NCBI RefSeq assembly: GCF_963921235.1
Contig: NC_086118.1
Location: 17,672,001 to 17,736,000, forward strand
Origin: Mobula hypostoma
Taxonomy: Eukaryota
Length of the DNA: 64,000 nt
Reading direction: 5' to 3'
Made by a program: the position numbers and the translations under genes. Positions within the stretch are counted from its first letter, which is position 1; every line of letters starts with the position of its first letter. Under the pieces are notes generated by a model. The model had not been told where the DNA came from. It was given only the letters and a program-made list of their open reading frames with translations, and made no database searches. Positions 25,001-40,000 of the stretch are shown here, piece by piece.

Positions 25001-28000
25001 ACTTGTCTTGCTAACGGCTGCTCAATGCAACGTGTTTAAGCAATGCCGTTCCGAATCTGGGGCAGAGCGGCTGCTCGGGGTGCGCGCTACCTTTTATCGC
25101 GCGCTGATTTTTTTGTGCGCTGATTTTTTATCGCGCGCTGCCTTTCTTTGTAACAGTGAAAACACCTTCTGAAAGCGAAAACAGGGTGCTAATGTAGGTC
25201 TTTCGTAACAGTGAGGTTTTGTAAAGTGAACGTTCGAAAAGCAGGGGACACCTGTATATGTGTTGTTATGTTTTCCTAGTTACTTTGTCTAATAGCAATA
25301 AATTTGCAATTTGGAAAATATAACTTTTGGTTCATCTTTATTAATCAGATATCAAAATAACTGTAATAGAAAATTAATAACTTTGAGGGTCTTTTTGAAT
25401 TAACTCTTAAAAGCTAGTATTATAGATGAATTAAAAACCATGTCAAAACTAGGAAGTATTTCAAATCATTCTTGTTTTAATGTTAGAAGTGACGTTAAGC
25501 ATTTTTCCCCACTGTAGTCAGAAGCAGTTGTGAGAAGAATTCAGTGAAAATTATCATTGGATATGGTGGTTTTCTCAGATACTTTCAATAAGTCATGAAA
25601 TTGCGTTGGATAGAAATGAGTCCTTCAACACTCAGCATCCATGCCAACCTTTTTGCTGATCAATGTTAATCATATTTGCCTCCAGTAGGACCATATACTC
25701 TATACATGATCTTTTTTAATGTCTGTCTAAATTTCTCAGAAGCATTGTGTATCTGATTCCAACACCACCTTTGGAAGTGTGCTTCATATATTGGCCACTT
25801 CGTGTACATAAAAAAAATTCCTGTTAAGAACCCCTTTAAATCTTCTGCCTATTGCCTTAAAAATGATGCCCTGTTGATTTTGATGTCCCTACCACTGGAA
25901 CAAGATTTTAAACATCTGCCCTATCTATGTTTTGTTTATTTATCATAGGTATTTTGTTGTTTTTTATCTTATTTGTTGTGTGATTCTTTTCTCAGGCTGA
26001 TATGGAAGACATGGCAGACTTGGCAGACATGCGACAGCATTTAATGGACAGTGTTCGGCACGTGATGGGAAAATGCTGTGAGTATCGAAACTCCTTTGAC
26101 CAGTATGCGTACCTTTGGGTGGACGACCGTAAGGAATTTATGCGCCAGTTCCTTCTGTATGGGCACGTTCTCACTGCTGAGGAAATTGAGGCCCATGGGG
26201 AGGATGGTGTTCCAGAGAGCCCCCCAACGCTCCAGCAGTACAAGGAACAGATGGACTCCTATGAAAAGATCTACGAAGAGGTGAACTCTCTGGAGCCCAT
26301 TAATGTTTTCGATGTTTGGATGCAAATTGATGGCAGGCCTTTCAAGTCTGCCTTGTTGAATATCATCAAGAAGTGGAGCCTCATGTTCAAACAGCACCTC
26401 ATTGACCATGTAACACACAGGTAAGATTCCATAGATGGAGTGGGATAATGTCAAAGTAGGCGCAGAGGAAATTCACCAGGATATTGCCTTGGATCAATTT
26501 AATTTTTTAACTACATTATGTTAATTAAATTAAATTATTGAACATTTCAACCATGGGAAGAAAATTGAGAGGCTAGATTTTGGTTTTCCTTGGAGTGGAA
26601 GAAGTCAAAAGTTCAAGTGTTATTGTCATTTAGCCATAGAGAAATACTGATGAATGCAGCCGGATGAAATAGCATTCTTCCACGGCCAAGGTGCAAAGCA
26701 CAATACCAAAGTCATATACAGCACAAGGCTCATATAGCACATATATGATAACAGTCACACAAAAAATATATAATATGGCCTAAGTCACTGAGTCCATGGA
26801 TGTTGTCGGCAGCAGTCTTCAGATGAACGCAATCCAGCTCGTCTTCCACCAAGTGAACACTGGGGTGCAGCTGGTTCGGCCTCATCTCTCCTGGGAAGCT
26901 GCAGCATGTGACACTGGGGCATGAGGCCTAGTCCACCAGGGCATGAGGCCTAGTCCACCATAAAACTGAGACCATGCGGCTCCCCGCCATTGGTCCTGCC
27001 GATAAACCAGTGAACTGGGCTTACAGCATTCCACACTACCAATGCCCAACAGGGTCTTGCAATTACAAGAAAAGCAACTAAGACAATCACTCACTGTTGA
27101 ACTGCAACCCATCTTTGTGTACCGACTTTGATCTTTCTGCAGAGCAGCACAATCTGCACCAAGTCCAGCTCCTCCGCCAACAAGCAACTCGCTGATGAGG
27201 TAGACCTACAGTACCTGAAGTTCTTAATGAAGCAGTGTCTTACAATCATAAAAAAGATGTTTGGGGAGAAAAAAACCATACACCTTTGTTTGACCACCTT
27301 TGGTAGAGGTCGCTGTGTTCGAGGGTGCTGTCATCTTACCGCAAGGGGATGTTAGGGCTGCAGTTAGGACAGGAAACTTTTCTCCATGTCAGAGATAAAT
27401 AAAACTTCATTGTATTTTTATTGTAAGTGGTAAGAAATTTTGATGGGATCCAATGGATGCCTTTTCATTCAGAGAATGGTGAGTATCTGAAGAGTATTAC
27501 CTGAGAAGGTGGTGCAAGCAGAGTTGTTGACAGCATTAGCTGTCTTGAGGAGCACTTGAATCACCTCGGTATGGTGGGCTGTAAGAAGCTTGAAGATGGG
27601 ATTAATACAGATGAGTGCCCACTGGCCAACATGCTTTAATACTCTATGACTCCAAGACACTTAACCTCTGGTTAACACTTGAAAATGGATGTCAAAAGTT
27701 ATACTGTCAAAGATTTTAAATGAGAATACCTGAAAAGTATTACCTGAGAGAGTTGTGAAAGCTGAGTGGCAGACAGCATTAGCAGTTTATTTTGTTGAAA
27801 ATGAAGCTGGTAGTCTGAAGCACTGTTGTATATATTCTCTCTCATTATACTAAAGCAAATTTTGGTGTTAAAGCTTACGATTTTGATATGTTAGGCCACT
27901 CTCTGTGTTTGTAAAGTCTATTTCCTGTGATCTAACTGTTTTGCACAAAATTGCTATTGAATAGTACTAGTGTTATTATTACAGAGCTGTTGTAGTTGAT

Positions 28001-31000
28001 ACAGTCATCTTGCACAGGAACTGACCGCCAGTAGTTTATAGTAAAGGCCTTTACTGGATATCCAAAATCACGTGCACACATACGTCAATAAAATAATAGA
28101 ATCACAGTTGGATCTTATAATAGACAAGGACCAGGAGAGATGTGAAACTAGGAAGGAGATATTAGAATTAGAGAATACAGTATCAGGATCAAGAACAACG
28201 TAACAATATTGTTGCTTGCAAGTTGGACTAATTTGCACCAAATTACATGTGTAAGCTGCACACACAAATCAAACTTTGCCTGTTCCTTTGCATCCTTTTC
28301 CAGCAGAAATATTGGACTGGCCATGTCCTGTCATGATTCACTTAAGTGCACATTTCATTTAACTGTCACATTTTTCGTATGTGATGGTGTTGCCAGTAAC
28401 TCAATAACAGAAATTGGATAAATGTATGGAATCATATATTTAATAAAATAGGATTATGTCCTGCTGAAATTAGTGAATTAGAGAATAAGAAGTAGAGGAA
28501 GTGTTTGGATAGTATGACAGAAGTTTAAAAAAAATTGAGTATGAAAAGAGAAATGAAAAGCACAGATTTTTAACATCCCTAAAGCGTCACTTTGCAACAG
28601 TCCACTGTTCCTGCAGGTTTGAAGGCAGCCACCATCATTCTAGTGCCAGAGAGCGATAGAAACTGGCCTAAATGATGACTGCCCAGTGGCACTGACCATA
28701 GCAATCATGAAGTGCTTTGAGCGACATGTAATGGATTGTATAGAACCCCACCTTCCAGCTACTGTACACTGGACACTTTCCAGTTTGCCTACTTTGATCC
28801 AGTCCATTCATGATGCCATAGACTCAGTCTTCCACACTATCCTGTCCCACCTAGAAAACAGTGCTTCGTAGCCAGGATAATGTGCATTGACTTCAGCTCA
28901 GCTTTTAACACAATCATACCTCTGAGGCTGGTGGGTAAACTGTCCTTGTTGGGACTCAACATCCCAACCTGGATCTTGAACTTCAGATGGAAAGACCCCA
29001 GTCTGTCCATGTTGTCAGCAACATTTCAAACTCCCATCACATTGAGCACTAGTACCACCCAGGGCTGTGTGCTCAGTCCACTGCTGACTCATGACTGCAC
29101 TGCTAGATCCAGCTCAAACAGCATCATCAAGTTCACCGATCATACAACAGTGAGCAACAATAATGAGTCGGCATACAGAGAAGAGGTGCAGTAGCTCAAC
29201 AAATGATCATGGAGTCATAGAGAAGTACAGCACAGAAACAGGCCCTTTGGCTCATCTAGTCCATGCTGAAACCATTTAGATTGTCTACTTGCATTGACCT
29301 GCACCAGGACCATAGCCCTCCATACCCCTACAATCCACATACCTATCCAAATTTAAATGTTGAAATTGAGCTCGCGATGATGTGAAATGATGTGAGAACA
29401 ACAACCTGAGTCTCAAGGTGGAAGAGGAATAGGGATGATTGTGGACTTTAGGAAGGTGCAGGTTGACCACTCTCCATTTCACATTAATGACTTTGCTGTG
29501 GAGAGAGGAAAGAGCACAAAGGTCCTTGGTATGCACATAATGGATGATCTAACCTGGACACACATCATTAGTCAAGAAAGCACGGCAAAGCTTATACTTT
29601 CTGAGGAGACTGAGGTGTGCAAGGTTTCCCACCTGCATTTTAACAGCTTTCTACATGATCACCATTGAGAGTGTCCTGTCTGACTGCATCATCTTGTGCT
29701 ATAGAAGCTGCAAGGCACTGGACTGCAAGAAGGTGGTAAAAATTGCCGAGAGGATCACTGGATGACAATAAACTTGAACCTGAACTTTTCCAGGAATAAT
29801 AATAACAAGAATATATTATGATGTGTTCTATGGACATATGAAATGGAAATTTAAGAAAAGGTAGCATTTAATGGAGAGGACATTAGAACTTTTGAATGAC
29901 TGATCTTGGTTTCTATTAAAGCAGCTTCAGAAATAGATACTTGACTGGAAATTGAAGTAGAGTATTAGTACAGCAGGAGAAACAGTATGATACTGGAGGA
30001 ACTCAGCTGGTCAGGCAGCAGCTGTGGACGGAAATGGACAGTTGAAGTTTCAGATTGAGATCCTTCTGACAAGCCACCCCTGATGAAGGCTGTGCTGCAA
30101 AGTTCCTCCAGGCACTTTTGTGTGTTGCACAAGATTTCTAACATCTTTAGTTTCTTGTGTCTTCATTACTACAGCAGGTTTAAAAATATGGTAACTTGTA
30201 GAACTAAAAGGTGGTATGCACTGGGCATTCTTTAGTAACTTTGGATGGAGGATTCAGAGGCAACAGCCAATAGTCCATATATATACAAAAAATCTTTAGA
30301 CTGAGAGATAGTACCAGAACACTGGTAATGTCTGAGGTCGTAACTATTTGCAAAAAAAAAGGAGAAAAACAAACATGCAGCTGTAGATATCTGTGATAGG
30401 AACATTTTTATGATGAGTACTAAAAAAAAACACTTCAGGTAGTATGATAATGGAAGTGTCAGCCGGATGACAGAATCATGCCTAACCAAGCTAAAATAAA
30501 TCTTTGGAGAGGTAATGGCATGAATGGGCAATGTTATTGTCATATTCAATGACTTCCAAAGAGACTTTGACAAGGTCGGTGCCTTTTATAGTATTTGGAG
30601 TAAGAGGAGTAAATTTGAAGTGTAAGGGGTTGAGTTATAGATGGGCAGTATTTTCTACTGGCGTCATTAGGAAACAAGTACAAGATAACTGAATTTGAGG
30701 ATGCAATAGGACACATAAGAGAAGGCAGCACAATACAAGATGATGATAGAAAACTAGCAGAGTGGGTAGTTAAATGACAAGTTAAGTGACACACTTGTGT
30801 TAGTTGGAAAATGGACAGATGTTAACTCAAAATGTGAGAACCTAGGCAGACTGCATTTCAGAGCAAACCCGTCTTTGAATGGCAAACGTTCAAATAAGCA
30901 CTAGAGAAAATACAAAAAGTTTAATACAGAAATGAAAGATTACAGATATCAGGAAAGATATGAGTGGTTTAGGGTTTTATCTTTAGAATATTTGGGGATG

Positions 31001-34000
31001 ATTGGAAGTTATGAATAGCTTAAATGCTTCTATATGGAAATTAAATGAATATATGAGAGAAAAAGAGAAAAAGATAAAAGGATTGTTGGATAGTTGAGAT
31101 AAGGAACTCTCACTATTCAGTTTGTCTTGTCATTCTGAAGATGAGATTACCTGTCTGTCCTTTTCAAGAACTATATCATTAATTGTATAATAGCTAATTA
31201 ATTCCAGGTAAATTACATCTAGCTAATATTAGTGGAATAAGCTAACTTCATTGTGCCTGCCTGCATGTTTAATTCTCCTTAATTATTTTTTTCCTAGTTT
31301 GGCTGATCTCAATGAGTTTATTAAAATAACAGAAGGAGGTTTATGTCAGAAGGTTGAAGAAGGTGACTTCAGTGGTTTGGTTGGTGTAATGGGTCACCTG
31401 ATGGCTGTAAAAGACAGACAGGTTTCGACAGATGCAATGTTTGAGCCTATAAAACAAACAATAGAACTTTTGAAGGCCTATGAACAGGAATTACCCGATG
31501 AAGTCCACAAGCAACTGGAGGTCAGTGGATTATTGATGTACTATCCCTCTAATTATTTCAACCTTCACAAGGACCATAAGGCTTCAACTTATAAAAATTC
31601 TATAATTTTCAATTTCCTATATTCCACAAAATAATCCTACCATATTTCCAAATTCGTTCCTACTTCTTGATTTTTCAATCAAAATCCTTTTCCCATTGCT
31701 ATAATTTTAAACTGCAAAAGCCACTTACCTCTTGCATGTTCTAAATATCTTTTGCTAATGTTCCAGTTGCACTAACTTATATCTACAGTATGCTGTACAG
31801 CATTCAAGTGCTTTTTTATGACATTACTTGAAGCTGTTCATGTGCTTTGAATGGATTCCTATGAATAAGAGTCATCCTTGCATCCCTCCTTCCACGTAAA
31901 CTCACAACTCCTAACGTCACCCCCAATGAACTTCTGATCGTCTGTGCACCCATGGCATCTGCCATTCTTTCACTTCCTTACACCCCAATCTATTCCATCC
32001 CATTCATCTTCAGAACTTGATGCTGATTGCTATCTTGTCAACATACCTAATCTTTCCAGTTGACCCTCGCTATCAATCCTTTTAGGCTCTCCCTTTCTGG
32101 CCCAATCCCAAACACAGATCACAGGCCTTTGAAATGGTATAAGACTATAAGACAGAGGAGCAGAATTAAGCTATTCAGCCCATTGAGTCTTCTCTGCCAT
32201 TCCATTACAGCTGATTTATAATCTCCATGAATCCCATTCTCTTGTCGTCTCCCCGTAACCTTTGATGCCCTGACTAATCAAGATCCCATCAATTTTTGCT
32301 TTAAATATTCTCAATGACTTGGCCTCCACAGCTATCTGTGCCAATTAATTCCACAGCTGCCGTACTCTCTGACTAAAGACATTCCTCCTCAGCTCTGTTC
32401 TAAATAGACATTCTTCTATTCCGCTGCTGTTCCCTCTGGTTCTTGACTTGCCCATTATAACAAACATCCTCTCCACATCCACTCTTTCTAGGCCTTTCAA
32501 TATTCGTTAAGTTTCAAGCAGATAGCTTGTCATTCTTCTAAACTCCAGCAAGTACAGGCCTAGAGCCATCAAACTTTCCTCACAAGTTAACCTTTTCATC
32601 CTCTGGAATCTCCTCCAATGCCAACAGATCTTTCCTTAGATAATCGGCCCAAAACTACTCACAATACTCGAAGTATGGTCTTACCAATGCCTTGTGAAGC
32701 CTCAGCACCATATGCTTACTTCTATATTCTACTCGTCTTGAAATGAATGCTTACCTTACCATGAACTCAACCTTCAAGTTAATCTTAGGAAATCCTACAT
32801 AGGGACTCCGACGTCCCTTTGTACTTCTGATTTTTGTGTTTTCTCTGTTTAGAAAATAGAAAAAGATAATAACTATATTCCTTCTACGGAAGTGCATCAC
32901 CATACACTTTCCTACACTATATTCCATCTGCCACTTTGCCCATTCTCCCAATCTGTACAAGTCCTTTTGCAGACTCCCTGCTTCCTCAATGCTATGTGCT
33001 CCTCCACTTTTCTTTGTATTATCTGCTATTTGGCCATAGAGCCATCAACTTCGTCATCCAAATCATTGACATATGATATGAAAAGGAGCAGTTCCAATAC
33101 CAAACCCTGTGAAACACAGCTCGCAGCCAACCAGAAAAGGCCCGTTTGATTCCCACTCTTTGCGCTCTGCCAGTCAGCCAATCTCTCTCCATAATATTAT
33201 CTTTCCTGTAATACCATTGCTTTATTAAGCAGCCTCATGTGTGGCACTTTGTCAAAGGCCTTGTGAAAATTCAACTAAACAACGTTCACTGTCTCTCCTT
33301 TGTCTATCCTGCCTATTATTTCATCAAATAATTCCAACAGCTTTGTGAGGCAAGACTTCGGCTTATTTTACCATGTGTCACCAAGTACCCTGAAACCTCA
33401 TCTTTAATAATGGACCCCAACATTTTCCAACCTTCCCTTCTTAAACAGTGGAGTAACATTTGCAATTTTCCAGTTCTCTAGAACCATTCTAGAATCTATT
33501 GATTCTTGAACGATCTTTACTTATGCTTCCAAAATCTCCTCAGCTACCTCTTTCAGAACCCTGGGGTGTAGTCCACCTTGTCCAAGTGACTTAAGTATCT
33601 TCAGATCTTTCAGCTTGCGGAGTACTTTGTAGTAATAGCAACTACACCCGATCCTTTCTTTCACTACACTCACATTTGCCCTGTGATGCTCTTGAATTTC
33701 TGGTGTCTTCCACAGTGAAGGTTGATGCAAAATAATTATACTATTCATCTGACATTTCTTTGTCCCCCATTAGTACCCCTCCAGCATCATATTCCAGCAG
33801 TCCAGTATCCACTCTCGCCTCTCTTTTACTCTTGATGTATCTGAAAAAAATGGTATCCTCTTACATATTATTGGCTATATTATTTACCATATTTCATTTT
33901 TCTTTCTTTATGGCTTTTTTAGTTGCCTTCTGTTGGTTTTTAAAAGCTTCCCAATCCTCTAGCTTCCCATTAATTTTATAAACTCTCTCTTTTGCTTTTA

Positions 34001-37000
34001 TGGTGTCTTTTACTGCCCTTGTCAGCCGTGGTTGACAAGGAAAACTACGTCTTTGGGATGAATCTATCCTGCGCCTTCTGAATTGCTTCCAGAAACACCA
34101 GCCATTGCTACTCTGCCATCATCCCTGCTAGTGTCCCCTTCCAATCAATTTTTGCCAGCTCCTATTTCATGCCTCTGTAATATCCTTTCCTGTACTGTAA
34201 TACTGAGATATCTGACTTAATATTCTCTATTTTTAACTGCAGGGTGAACTCTATCATATTGTGATCACTTACCTTAAGCTCCCTAATCAAATCTGGTTCA
34301 TTACACAACTCCCAATCCAGAACTGCTTTTCCCCTAGTGCTCAACCACAAGTTGCTTTAAAAAGCCATCTCGTAAGTATTCTAAGAATTCCCTCTCTCGG
34401 GATCCAGCACCAACCTAGTTTTCCTAATCTACCTGCATATTGATATCCCCCATGACTATTGTAATATTGCCATTTTTACATGGTTTTTCTATTTCTCATT
34501 GTAATTTGTACCCCATATCCTAGTTACTGTTCAGAGGCCTGTATATAACTCCCATCAGGGTCTTTTTGCCCTTGTAGTTTCCTAACAAGGATTCTACATC
34601 ATCTGATCCAAAGTCTTATTTTCCTAAGGATTTTATTTTATTGTTTTTTTTAAACAAAGCCACCAACCTCCTCTGCCTATCTGCCTGTTCTTTCAATACA
34701 ATGTGTATCCTTGGATGTTAAGCTCTTAACTATGATCTTTCACCCACGACACAGTGATGCTCACAATGTTAAACCTGCCAATTTCTAACTGCGCTGCTTA
34801 TTCCGTGTACTGCATGCATTTAAATATAACACTTTCAGACCTGTGTTCATCACCCTTTTTGGTTTTATCCCATTGCACTTCAACTCATCCCTCTGACCAC
34901 AATTCTGACTTGTCATCTTTCTGTCCTTCCTCAGTCTCACTACACACTGCATTTATTTGTATACCAGCTGCCCCATTCTCAGCTCTATCACTCCATTTCC
35001 ATTTCCATTTCTCATCCCCCTGCCTATTAGTTTAAACCCTCCCAAACTGCTTTAGCAAACCTGCCCATAAGGATATTGGTTCTCCTTGGGCACAAGTGTA
35101 ACCGGTCCCTTTTGTACAGATTATATCTTCTCTAGATGAGATCTCAGTGATCCAATAATCCAAAACCTTGCCCTCTGCTGCATTTCGTCAACTACTCATT
35201 TACCTGTACTATTCCTGTCTTGTCTAGTATATGGTACTGGGAGTATTCCAAAGGTTACTACCTTGGAGGTCCTGCTCGTCAGCCTCTTCCCTAAATCCCC
35301 ATACTCATTGCTCAGGACTACATATGTCATTGGTGTCAGTGTGCATCAAGACCTTTGGCTGCTCATCCTCCCTCTTGAATCTCCTGCAGCGATTCTGTGA
35401 CATCCTGGACCCTAGCACCAGGGAGGCAACATACTATTGTGGCATCTCTTTCACAGCCACAGAATCTACTTTCCTATCACTGTCTGATTTTACCCTTCCC
35501 TGCTGAGCCTCAGAGTGCCACAGAGCCACTGGCTTGGCTGCTGCTTGAAACATCATTTCCTGCACCCACCCCCACCCCCACCAGTATCCAAAAAGGTGTT
35601 CATTTTGCTGAGGGCATTGAGCATAAGGGAACCCTGCACTGACTGGTTCGTCCCCTTGCTTCTCCTGGTGATCACCCACCTACTATCTGTAACATGCACT
35701 CTGGGTGTGACCACGTTAGTAAAAGTCTCATCAGTGAGGTTTTCAGCCTCCCAGATGATCCTGGGTGCATCCAGCTCCAGCTCCAGTTCCTTGATCATGT
35801 CAGTCAGGAGCTGAAGTTGGATGAACTTACTGCAGATGTAGTCATTAGGAAGACCCTGAAATCCCACGTCTCAGAGGAAAAGCATTTCCACTGCCTTAAC
35901 TGTCATATGCCTACACTTGGTATACCTGTAACTTCTCAAGCTTAAGTTTTAGCCCGTGTCTGTTCTTGCCAAAGCCTTGCCACTCTAACACTATGCACTC
36001 CAATAATGGTTGCTCCACTTACACCTCACTTACTTTTATTGGCCCTTGCCGTGTGCCCAAGAGATTATTAGACCATAAGACCATATGATATAGGAGCAGA
36101 ATTAGGCCATTCAACTCATCGAGTCTGCTTTGCAATTCCATCATGGCTGATCCCGGATCCCACTCACCTCCCTCCCCCGTACACTTACCTTCTTGCCATA
36201 TCCTTTGATGCCCTGACCGATCCAGAAACTATGAATTTCTGCCTTAGATCAACTCACGGACTTGGCCTCCATCACAATCCGTGGCAGAGTATTCCCCAGA
36301 TTCACTGCTCTCTGGCTAAAACGTTCCTCCAAAACTCTGTTCTAAAAGGTTGCCCCTCAATTTTGAGGTTGTGCCCTCTAGTTCTGGATACCTCCGCCAT
36401 AGGAAACATCCTCTCCACATCTACCCCATCTAGTCCCTTCAACCTTTGGTAGCTTTCGATGAGATTTCCTCCCCCCACCACCCCCATCCACTCCCCTCTA
36501 TTCTTCTAAATTCCAATGAGTACAGGCCCAAACCTGCCCAACCTTTTCATTCCAAGAATCATCATCATGATTGCAGCCTGCTGGAAAGTTTTGAAAGACC
36601 CTGAGCTCTTTTTTATCCTTGCGTTGCCTCAGCCATGTTTTCTGCCTGCCTTCATTTCATCTTCCATCTGACCAATCCTTCAATTAAATGCAAAAATGTG
36701 TAAATTAAATTTGCCGTAAGGGGTCCCAGGACTGAAATGGTCAGTCCTGGCAATGTCAGTCAGGTGCACTCTGTTTTGGTCACGTGTTCACGTAACTGCT
36801 TTGGGACTTGAATCTATAAACTTCTGACCAGAACAAGAGCTGAGCCTATTCCCAGAAGTAATTATTCGCTTTTTTTGAAAATTGAATCAAATAATTACAT
36901 CATCAAAGACCCCCCATCATCCAGGCCAAGCTCTGTTCTCACTGCTGCCATTGGAGCCTTAGGACCCACGCCAACAGGCTCAGAAGCAATTCACCTTCAA

Positions 37001-40000
37001 CCATCAGGCTCCCGAACCATCATGGATAATTTCAGTTATCTCAACTCTGAACTGGTTCTAATTCCAATGGACTCACTTTCAATAACTCTACAACTCATGT
37101 TCTCCTATTATTTAATTACTATGTTAATTCTTCAAATATGCAGTTTGTCTTTTGCTCATTGTTTGACGGTATTTGTATGCAGTTTTCATTGATTCTATTG
37201 TATTTCTCTGCCCTACTATGAATACCTGCAAGAAAATGAATCTCCAAGTACATACTTTGATAATAAATTTACTTTTAAGTTTGAACTTTACTTCATTGAA
37301 TATGTTCAGATCCCTGGAGTCATCCCTGAGTCTTGATCTTCTGAGTAAGAGGCAGGAGACCTGTCTTTAATACTTTCACTTACTTAGTGTCAGAAGATCA
37401 TGCAAGAAGTTTAAGGAGTTTGCTGGTAACATACCTCACTATACCACAGACCTATTAACTAGCTAAGTATTTAGAAAGGTCAATGTCACTTTGACCCTTC
37501 TAAGTACTTAGCTACTCAATAGGCCTGTGAAGTGAAGGTCACTTGGATGGCAAGGAAATACACTGGGAGCAATGCTCATGAAAAGTAGCAGAAGAATGAC
37601 AAAAGTTGTATCTTTATAAGAGGGTGCTTTCACATTGCTTGCCTTGCTTCCAGAACTATTATTGAAATATAGTAGATTGTGCAACATGGATTGAAGTGAA
37701 GTATACAGTATATGTTGGTGCTTGTTTGTACAGGAGCTACCAGAGAAGTGGAGCAATACTAAGAAACTAGCAGTGACAACAAAGCAACATGTGGCTCCCC
37801 TTCAGGCCAATGAAGTCACAATTATTCGCAAGAAATGTGCCAGTTTTGATGTGGAGCAACACAAGTTCCGAGAGCAATTTCGCAAAAATGCACCATTCAG
37901 GTGAGGGGTGACTGCACCTTGTGTGTCAGCTACAAGCCAGCTTATAGCTAATGTATGGGTAGTATTCCAGTTTTTTGGCTCCAGTTTGTCTGGGACTATC
38001 ACCATTTTGCTTTCAGGTGGGCTTCATGAATGTTTGGAAAACACATGCATAGAGTTGTGCACCCATATTTTTGAAATTTATGCTGGATTTGGTACTACAC
38101 TGGATATTTTGATATAAGAGGTATTAGGATTGCAGTGTTCAGATTGTTCAAGGGTCACATTGAGTACCGGATTTCACATCCTGCTTGAATTATATTTCAA
38201 CTGTTTCAAATTCCAGTTGATGTAAGATTGTTTTCTTGATGTAAATTTTACTCTACTACAGTGATAGATTAGTTGATGGACTGAATGCAGTTTTGATACT
38301 AAGTTGAAATTGCTTCATATTCATGCGGAACAGGCACTGTTAATGTATTCCAGTCTAGCCTAATACAAGATATTAAGAGCTGGTGGAAAGGAATAAGATA
38401 AAGGTTCCAATCAGAATTGCAACAGTTTGATACAGAGGATGAAAAATTCACATATCTTCTATAAAGCAACCATCGTTATAGATCCTTTCAGTAATTTTGT
38501 TTTCCTTAAAGAGCCACTCGAGTTATGTACTGCAATATAGCTTAATGAAAAGTGTGCCTGCCTCAATTTCAAGCTTTGTAACAGTTTGATATGCTTTGAT
38601 GCTTTGATCACCTCTTTACAGAAGTATTTGTATGAATGGATTGCTTATTGCTACGACTATGGTTATGATAGTAATTTTAACGTTGGACAACATCAACTCA
38701 ATTGTATTTTATCCATCCCTTGATGTTCATTTACATTGAGGTCACTCATATTGTAAATATGGAGAGTTGCTGAACAGCTGTCCCATCTAATTTTGTCAGT
38801 TTCCATTGTCTGCTAATCCTAATTATTGGTACTGTGCCACTAGATTTTTGAAGATGGGTACCAATTTGCCAATGCTTAAAACTTGTAAATGTAACTTGTG
38901 CATATCCTGTGATGTGATTTAGCAAGACACTCAGTTGTACAATTTCTGCTATATTAGAGAATGAATCCACATGATATTGCCTGAGGCACTGAATTTACAC
39001 TCATTAATATTAATCCCAAACTAGCTGACCTCATGCAATCCTCTTCACAAGTATAGATAGATAGATATACTTTATTGATCCCGAGGGAAATTGGGTTTCG
39101 TTACAGCCGCACCAACTAAGAATAGACCATAAATATAGCAATACAAAAACCACAAACAATCAAACAACAAAATGCAAACTATGCCAGATGGAAAATAAGT
39201 CCAGGACCAGTCTATTGGCTCAGGGTGTCTGACCCTCCATGGGAGGAGCTGCAAGTTCAATGGCCACAGGCAGGAACGACCTCTCGTGCCACCCAGTGTT
39301 GTATCTCGGTGGAATATGGCCGGAGTCCAACAGTAAAAAGTTCAATATCCGGTCTACAAACACATTCCTTCATCATAATATGACCCAGATTGCACCAATT
39401 TTTGTTAACCAGAACAGTATTCAGGGAGTGGTGTCTAAATTTACAAAACTGTCCTGCAGACTTGTCAAAGAGCATTCTGCTTTGAATATATTCACAGAAT
39501 CATAACCTCAGGCAACCTTACAGGTTTCTCATCACAAGCCACATTGCCTACAGCTGCCAGGATAAACCATCAAAAAATGGCTGCGTAGTGCACAAGGTCG
39601 GAGAAGATAGCCCTTGAAGCTCTCAACAGTGATTTCAGGGCTCTCTGGACATTAGGCCAAAGAGAGGCTTGGAAAAGCAAACATCTGGACTGATGCAGGG
39701 TTTTGTTCTGAGACGTTGATAATTCCTTTCCTTCCACCGATGCTACTTGACATATTGAATTCTTCCAGCAGATTGCTTGTTGCTCCAGATTCCAGCATCT
39801 GCAGTCTTTTGTGTTTCCAGAAGCTAGGAAACTTCCCTCAGCTGAAGAATTGATGCTCCTCCACATTGAACAACACTTAGAAGAAGCACTTAAAGTTAGA
39901 AGGACACAGAACATATCCTGGCTAGGGACTAAGCTGGCTGTGTTCTGAAGATCCAGACTAGATCATGACAGACTGTAAATGAACCAGCAAGAGATATATA

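Noticed and set aside
25992..26454. Antisense and alternate-frame ORFs over dynein exons (also 42896..43117 and 43391..43612)
   Set aside because: Shadow ORFs of real coding exons with no independent support.
26916..26960. Short local duplications (ggggcatgaggcctagtccacca twice; also about 27480/27722 and 46921-46995)
   Set aside because: Ordinary slippage or local duplications in intronic or repeat-derived DNA.
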